NCBI GenBank assembly: GCA_033977065.1
Contig: JAXCHI010000002.1
Location: forward strand, 26,901-90,900
From: Candidatus Algichlamydia australiensis
Lineage (GTDB): Bacteria > Chlamydiota > Chlamydiia > Chlamydiales > JAJFMI01
Direction: 5' to 3'
Length of the DNA stretch: 64,000 nt
Below are positions 58,413 through 64,000 of the stretch, one piece after another. The notes beneath the pieces are model-generated. The model was not told where the DNA came from. It saw only the letters and a program-made list of their open reading frames with translations, and ran no database searches. The position numbers were made by a program, and so were the translations under genes. Each line of letters starts with the position of its first letter. Position 1 is the first letter of the stretch.

Positions 58413-58738
58413 TCCCAGAAACAAGGTTCAACGAAAAGAGAATGGAGGGAGGTTTCTTCGAGAAAAAATGCTAGACGATTCTCTTTCTCGTAAATAGCAG
58501 TTGTGCCAAGTAGGGTTTTACAGGAAGGGCAGAGTAGTGTTTTGGGGTAGTCTTTTTTTTTCTGAAGATTCATGAAGCTTTTAGGCGCATGAATTCGATC
58601 AAAGTAACAGCGTAGAAGAGGGCCTGGTCCATCTTTTTGGTAGAGAAGAACAATCTCATTGCAACGTGTGCATGAGAGGGCAAGCATGGCAGGTTCACCT
58701 CGTTTTTTTGTAAATTCGTTAATTATAAATTTCATCAA
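58397..58738 (-). CDS. Hypothetical zinc-ribbon protein
   Basis: CTRC...YQKDGPGPLLRCYFDRI...CPSCKTLLG. Confidence 0.7.
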   Translation of the reverse strand: MMKFIINEFTKKRGEPAMLALSCTRCNEIVLLYQKDGPGPLLRCYFDRIHAPKSFMNLQKKKDYPKTLLCPSCKTLLGTTAIYEKENRLAFFLEETSLHSLFVEPCFWDQFLY

Positions 58739-60648
58739 CTCCTTTTGAGTAGACGGAGGCTGTTGAGGCCGACGATGATGGTACCGCCTTCATGAAGGAG
58801 CACGGCCATCCAGAGGGGAACAAGGCCGAGTAGAGCGGGTGTTGTGGCAAGGGCAATAACGCCAAGAGCGAGGACGAGATTTTGGCGGACGATGCTCATG
58901 GTTTTTTTTGCTTTTTTGGTGAGCCAGGAGAGGGAAGAGAGGTCATCGTTTAAGATGACGATGTCAGAGGCTTCGATGGCAGTGTCTGAACCGATAGTAC
59001 CAAGTGAGATGCCGACGTGGGCACGAGCAAGGGCTGGCGCGTCGTTAATGCCATCGCCGACCATTGCAAGCGGTGATTGATCGGAGATTTCTGCGATAAG
59101 ACGCAGTTTATCATCGGGGCGCAGGTTCGCTTTGTAGTTTTGGATGCCGGTGAGGTGGGCGATATTTTTCGCGCTCTCTTCATGATCGCCGGTAAACATG
59201 TAGAGCTCATATTTAGAGAGATTTTGGAGGGCTGTTGCGGTCGATTCGCGCAGCTCATCTTCAAAGTGGAAGGTGTAGATTTGGTTGCCAAGAAGGAGAA
59301 GGGTGACCATTTTTCCCTGGCTTTCAAACTCTGGGCTCTTGCCAAGGAGCGATTCGATAAAAGCAGCGTGACCGATCGCAACGCGCTTGCCCTCAACTTC
59401 TCCCATAAGACCGTAGCCCGCTTTTGATTCAAATTGGGTCAATTTGGGAAGGGCGAGGTTTTCCTCTTTGGCTTTTGTGATGATGGCGTCGGCGATTGGG
59501 TGGTGCGCGTGGCTCTCGAGTGCGGCGGCAATGCTAAGTGCGTCTGGGGAGTGAGGAGTAATTTGAATCAGTTTGAGTTTTCCGGTGGTAAGTGTGCCGG
59601 TTTTATCAAAAGCGATACGCTTGCATTCGGAGAGGGCATCAAGTGTGACGCCGCCTTTGAGAAGGATACCGCGGCGCGCGCAGGCACTCATGCTAGCCAG
59701 ATAAGCGGTGGGGGTTGCGATGATGAGGGCGCAGGGTGAGGCGGCGATGAGGAAAGCGAGGGCGCGATAGAGGGCGCCTTCAGGGCCTAAGAAGGCAAGG
59801 CCAAAGAGAGGAAGGATAAAAGCAAAAAAGGCGGAGATACCAATGATCGAGGTGGCGTAGACGCGGCCAAAGCGATCGAAGAAGCGCTGCAGGCGCGGTT
59901 TGCTCTCTTGCGCCTCTTCCATGAGTTTTACGATGCGTGAGAGCGTAGATTCGCTTGAACTTTTTGCTACTTCAACAGTGAGGCTCCCATCTAAATTTTT
60001 ACTTCCCGCTTGCACCATATCTTCGCTTTTTTTTGGGATGGGAAGGCTCTCTCCTGTGAGGTGGACGAGATTAAGGAAGGAGGAACCAGAGAGGACTTTG
60101 CCGTCAAGGGGGACTGTTTCGCCTGCTTTGATCAGGATTTTTTCGCCAGGTGAGATTTCACGAACGGCTTTTTCAAAATGGGTGCCATCATCAGAGATGA
60201 CGGTGGCAAAGTGGGGGGTGAGTTCATTAAGTTTGTGCAGGGCTCCTTTTGCTTTTGCGGAGACAGCGTGTTCCATAGAGTGTGAAAGGGAAAAGAGAAC
60301 AAGAAGCAGAGCGCCTTCCATTTGCGAGCCAATAAAAAAGGAGAGAAGGGCAGCTAGGGTCATCAGAACGTCAATATTAATTTCAAGCGAGCGTAAATCT
60401 TTGATTGTGTGAATGAGAGCTGGAGTACCAGCTAAAAAGTAGACGATACAGAGGCTAATTGCTGAGAGGTCTCTTTGGAAGAAGGAGAGGATAAAAGAGA
60501 GGGCTAAAAAAAAGGCAGATGCTAAAGAGCTTTTTAAATCGAGATTTTTAGCGACCTTGCGCGAGCGCGGTTTTAAAAAAGGACTAATGCTTTCTGCTTT
60601 TCCTGAGGCGAAGTACTCATCAAAGAGAAAGGGGGAAGTTTTGCTCAT
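58735..60648 (-). CDS. Heavy-metal P1B-type ATPase (SPC motif, CadA/ZntA-like)
   Basis: LTGES, SPCAL, DKTGTLT, GDGINDAPALA, HEGGT. Confidence 0.93.
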   Translation of the reverse strand: MSKTSPFLFDEYFASGKAESISPFLKPRSRKVAKNLDLKSSLASAFFLALSFILSFFQRDLSAISLCIVYFLAGTPALIHTIKDLRSLEINIDVLMTLAALLSFFIGSQMEGALLLVLFSLSHSMEHAVSAKAKGALHKLNELTPHFATVISDDGTHFEKAVREISPGEKILIKAGETVPLDGKVLSGSSFLNLVHLTGESLPIPKKSEDMVQAGSKNLDGSLTVEVAKSSSESTLSRIVKLMEEAQESKPRLQRFFDRFGRVYATSIIGISAFFAFILPLFGLAFLGPEGALYRALAFLIAASPCALIIATPTAYLASMSACARRGILLKGGVTLDALSECKRIAFDKTGTLTTGKLKLIQITPHSPDALSIAAALESHAHHPIADAIITKAKEENLALPKLTQFESKAGYGLMGEVEGKRVAIGHAAFIESLLGKSPEFESQGKMVTLLLLGNQIYTFHFEDELRESTATALQNLSKYELYMFTGDHEESAKNIAHLTGIQNYKANLRPDDKLRLIAEISDQSPLAMVGDGINDAPALARAHVGISLGTIGSDTAIEASDIVILNDDLSSLSWLTKKAKKTMSIVRQNLVLALGVIALATTPALLGLVPLWMAVLLHEGGTIIVGLNSLRLLKRS

Positions 60649-61379
60649 GCTCCTCCTGCAAATAGGTGGGTGACAAAGTAAGCAACGCCATATGTGAGAG
60701 CAATTAAACTTAGATTCCAGACGGTTGAGGGAATCACTTCGTTTTTACGGCGGCGTGCCATGAGCGCTGAGCTTGCTGCAACAATCAAAAAAGAGGCGAT
60801 GGGAAGTCCATAGGGGAGAAAGAGCGCACCAAGGGCGATACCGCCTGCAAGTAAGATTCCCAGCCCAGCACCAAGCGCTTGTATCAATGGATGATCAAAC
60901 GATTCAAAAGTAAGGCCGAGCTCTTCTTCGAGCATAATCGCAAGAAGACGGTTGTCATCTGCCATCAAAACGTCGATCACTTTTTTTAACAGATCTCCTT
61001 TTAATCCTTTGGCAGCGTACATCTCAGTGAGCTCTTCACGCTCCTGTTCGCGGTGGTGCTCAATTTCAAAGCGCTCCTCCTCAATCAAGCGGTGCAGGCG
61101 GTCAAGGCGTGAGTAAGCGAGTAGCCCGCTTCGGCCTATTTTCCACACAAGGAGTGCAAGGATAAAAAGAGGAAAAAAATAGGGAGGAATTCCTCCGAGC
61201 TGCGGGAGTATAGCAGAAAATAGTAGGAGGTAGACTGCGGTCTCTTTTGCGCTATCACAAAAAGCAACAAAGCTGCCTGGCGCTTCTGTACCGTGAATTT
61301 CAGCAGAGGCGTGAGCGCCTTTAAGGCGGGCTGCTTTTAAATGCTCTGCTGCACTTTTCCCTTCAAAGTGGTTACACAT
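60645..61379 (-). CDS. VIT1/CCC1-family membrane protein
   Basis: EIEHHREQEREELTEMY..KG, MLEEELGL. Confidence 0.75.
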   Translation of the reverse strand: MCNHFEGKSAAEHLKAARLKGAHASAEIHGTEAPGSFVAFCDSAKETAVYLLLFSAILPQLGGIPPYFFPLFILALLVWKIGRSGLLAYSRLDRLHRLIEEERFEIEHHREQEREELTEMYAAKGLKGDLLKKVIDVLMADDNRLLAIMLEEELGLTFESFDHPLIQALGAGLGILLAGGIALGALFLPYGLPIASFLIVAASSALMARRRKNEVIPSTVWNLSLIALTYGVAYFVTHLFAGGA

Positions 61380-62646
61380 GAATTTCTGAGATGCCTCCAA
61401 GGTAGGGTTGCAGAGCTTTTGGTATGGCAATGGAACCATCTTCACGCTGGTTATTTTCAAGTAGAGCTACAAACAATCGCGCAGTCGCAACTCCTGAGCC
61501 GTTGAGCGTGTGCACAAGTTGCGGTTTTTCTCCTTTTTCACGGAAACGCGTTTTAGAGCGTCGCGCTTGGAAATCACGGCAGTTAGAAACAGAGGAGACT
61601 TCGTAGTAGCGATCTTGACCGGGGAGGAAGACTTCGACATCGACCGTACGTGAGGCAGGAAAGGACATGTCACCTGTGACGAGCAGCATGCTGCGATAAT
61701 GGAGCTCTAACCCTTCTAAAATTTCTTCCGCGCTGCGTACCATCTTTTCAAACATCGCATCGCTCTCTTCTGGTTTTGTAAAGCAGTACATCTCTACTTT
61801 ATTGAATTGGTGGACGCGGATTAAGCCGCGCTCGGTGCTGCCAGCAGCACCTGCTTCGCGACGAAAACAGGGAGTATAGGTAGTGTAACGTTTAGGGAGT
61901 TCTTCTGCATCTAAAATTTCATCGAGGTGAAGGCCGTTGAGGGGGACCTCACCAGTAGGGATAAGCATTAAGGGGTAGTCTGGATCTTCTAGCTTAAAAA
62001 GCTGCTCTTCGAATTTGGGAAGTTGTCCGGCGCCCATCATTGCATCGCGTTTGACAAGGTAGGGAGTGAGGATAAATTCAAATCCATTTTTAATATGTGT
62101 CTCAATCATGTAATTGAGCAGTGCAAGCTCAAGACGCGCTCCGAGGTCGCGATAGACGGGCCAGCCGCTGCCACTGATTTTGGCACCTCTTTTGAAATCG
62201 AGTAGATGATGCTTTTCAGCGAGTTCCAGATGATTTTTTGGCATAAAGGAAAAATTTTTCTTTTCGCCGTGAGTCTTGATACAGACGTTATCAGCCGGAT
62301 CTAAAGAAATTTTTACATCAGGATCGGGCAAATTAGGCAAACGAGCGAGAGAGTCTTGCAGCTGCTCTTCAACACTTCGCATCTCGTGCTCAAGTTTTTG
62401 AATTTCATCTCCAAGACCACCTACTTCCTTCATAATCGCGCTCGTATCTTCTCCAGCGCGCTTTTTTTCGCCAATCATCTTGGAGGTTTTTTTTAGCTGT
62501 GAGCGCATCTCTTCGACTTGCAAAAGAAGATTGCGGTGCTGCTCATCTAGCTTTAAGATAGGAGTTAAAGAAATTTCTTTTTCTTTCGTTCTCAGTCGCT
62601 TTTCGATCTCTTCAGGGTGTTCACGAATTTCTTTAATGTTGAGCAT
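61372..62646 (-). CDS. serS: Serine-tRNA ligase
   Basis: GQLPKF, LIPTGEVPL, CFRREAG, RVHQFNKVE, HTLNGSG. Confidence 0.98.
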   Translation of the reverse strand: MLNIKEIREHPEEIEKRLRTKEKEISLTPILKLDEQHRNLLLQVEEMRSQLKKTSKMIGEKKRAGEDTSAIMKEVGGLGDEIQKLEHEMRSVEEQLQDSLARLPNLPDPDVKISLDPADNVCIKTHGEKKNFSFMPKNHLELAEKHHLLDFKRGAKISGSGWPVYRDLGARLELALLNYMIETHIKNGFEFILTPYLVKRDAMMGAGQLPKFEEQLFKLEDPDYPLMLIPTGEVPLNGLHLDEILDAEELPKRYTTYTPCFRREAGAAGSTERGLIRVHQFNKVEMYCFTKPEESDAMFEKMVRSAEEILEGLELHYRSMLLVTGDMSFPASRTVDVEVFLPGQDRYYEVSSVSNCRDFQARRSKTRFREKGEKPQLVHTLNGSGVATARLFVALLENNQREDGSIAIPKALQPYLGGISEIHV

Positions 62647-62713
62647 ATTTGCCAGCCTTTTCGTCTAATCATAGTACAGGAAGAGGAAAATTGGGAGTCA
62701 AAAATTTTTTACC

Positions 62714-62742
62714 TTGTAAAAAGGGGAAAAATATGGTATAAG
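62714..62742 (+). promoter_or_regulatory. Putative sigma66/70-type promoter
   Basis: TTGTAA-N17-TATAAG with extended TG, upstream of the ATG at 62769. Confidence 0.5.
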
Positions 62743-62768
62743 TAGAGTACTTAACTGACAAAATTTTC

Positions 62769-63863
62769 ATGAATAAAGCAAAATCTTTACCTCAGGCAAA
62801 ATCTCCTTTAATTCTTCGATTTCATCGATTTATGGATGCATTTTCAAAATCCGATGATGAGCGCGATTTCTATCTCGATCGACTAGAGGGTTTTTTGCTC
62901 TATATCGACCTCGACAAATCGGAAGAGGAGCTTGCTGCTTGCGATAAAGAGCTAAAAGAGCAGGGCGATCGCTTTGTTATGCTTCCTAAGATGACGTTTT
63001 TCGAAACAAAAAAGTTTATGGAAGGATTTGTTCAGGAAAAAGTGTACGATATCGATGTTAAGGAAAAGCTTCTCGATATTATTTCCGGGAAAGAGGCGCG
63101 AGAAAATTTTCTAGAATTTATTTACGATCATGTCACGGAGATCGAACGTTGGCAGCAGTACTATCATGAACGCTCACGCATTCGCATTATTGAGTGGTTG
63201 CGTACCATCGACTTTCAATTTGTTTTTGAAGAGGATTTAGAGCTACCTAAATTAGTTGTACGCCAACTTAAAGAGCAGCTTTTCCAAGGGAAAGTCTCTA
63301 AAGAGCTAGATTCAGCCCGCCAAACCATTGAGACAAAATCAAAAGTCTACTACTCCAACGAAGCTCTCAATCCAAGACCCAAGAGAGGTCGCCCTCCAAA
63401 ACAGCAGCAGAAAGTTGAACTTGAACCGCAACTCTCAGAAGATCTCTACATGCAGGTCCCATCAACAATGCGACCTTTCCTCTTTATGCCAGACTTTAGC
63501 AGTTCAACAGTGACTTTCTCAGCGAAATTTGATACTGAAGCGCAGTTTCTTGCCTCACTTAAAGGAACGACAACAAAAGTTGATACGCGTCTTGAGGCCC
63601 TCTCTCAACGTTTGGAATCTCTACGCCACCTCTCTGCAAAAATTAAAGGAGTACCAGAACTTGGAGGAGAAGAAGATAAAATCATCCAAGCTATTGCTCC
63701 TGAAGGAGGAGGAGATGCTCTTTCTGGCATTGCCAAAGGATTATTTCCTAAAAAGCGTAGCGCACCACCAAAAGAAGCAAAAGAGATTGGTGAATACCTT
63801 GCTAAAAAACGCCAAGCAAAAATTAAAAAGGTCTCCCAGATTACGAAGAAAAAGAAACAATGA
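62769..63863 (+). CDS. UPF0158-family conserved chlamydial protein
   Basis: AFSKSDDERDFYLDR, ERSRIRIIEWL, NEALNPRPKRGRPPK. Confidence 0.8.
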   Translation: MNKAKSLPQAKSPLILRFHRFMDAFSKSDDERDFYLDRLEGFLLYIDLDKSEEELAACDKELKEQGDRFVMLPKMTFFETKKFMEGFVQEKVYDIDVKEKLLDIISGKEARENFLEFIYDHVTEIERWQQYYHERSRIRIIEWLRTIDFQFVFEEDLELPKLVVRQLKEQLFQGKVSKELDSARQTIETKSKVYYSNEALNPRPKRGRPPKQQQKVELEPQLSEDLYMQVPSTMRPFLFMPDFSSSTVTFSAKFDTEAQFLASLKGTTTKVDTRLEALSQRLESLRHLSAKIKGVPELGGEEDKIIQAIAPEGGGDALSGIAKGLFPKKRSAPPKEAKEIGEYLAKKRQAKIKKVSQITKKKKQ

Positions 63864-64000
63864 GCGCCACATTAACCCAACCTACTCTTGATATTGTTGC
63901 TGCTTACCGCCGTTCCCTGCTGTGCCGTCTGGTTGATGATAAAATGTCAAAGATGGTGCGCCAGAATAAGGGTGGAACGTTCCATCTCTGCATCAATGGT
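63860..64000 (+). CDS. 5' end of 2-oxoacid dehydrogenase E1 component (partial)
   Basis: MSATLT...RLVDDKMSKMVRQNKGGTFHLCING. Confidence 0.7.
   Translation, partial: MSATLTQPTLDIVAAYRRSLLCRLVDDKMSKMVRQNKGGTFHLCING

Overview
Chromosomal segment of an environmental Chlamydiae bacterium. This assignment is inferred from chlamydial synteny: gcvH-nqrEDCB-dnaA-CT274/CT273-like-mraZ-rsmH-ftsL-ftsI-murE-amiA; gnd-lepA-npt1-ddbA-ytgABCD-dxr-rseP; hrcA-grpE-dnaK; cadA-VIT1-serS. AT-rich accessory genes are interspersed. Notable observations: (1) a dispersed family of long imperfect hairpins. Two ~95-nt copies (27484-27578, 57450-57546) show compensatory stem changes, and a 165-bp palindrome (54061-54225) shares its terminus with the second copy. 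(2) A tRNA-Arg(CCT) locus where a 67-nt tRNA duplication brackets only an MNT-HEPN toxin-antitoxin pair, followed by a palindrome cluster and a Schlafen/AlbA-domain gene. (3) The syntenic ATP/ADP translocase npt1 is broken by a frameshift and a nonsense codon. (4) rsmH is split at a T9 run. (5) A complete IS256 with an 8-bp target duplication interrupts a small ORF. (6) A secreted protein carries a protamine-like Arg-rich repeat tail. All annotations come from reading the sequence and ORF track; no database searches were run.
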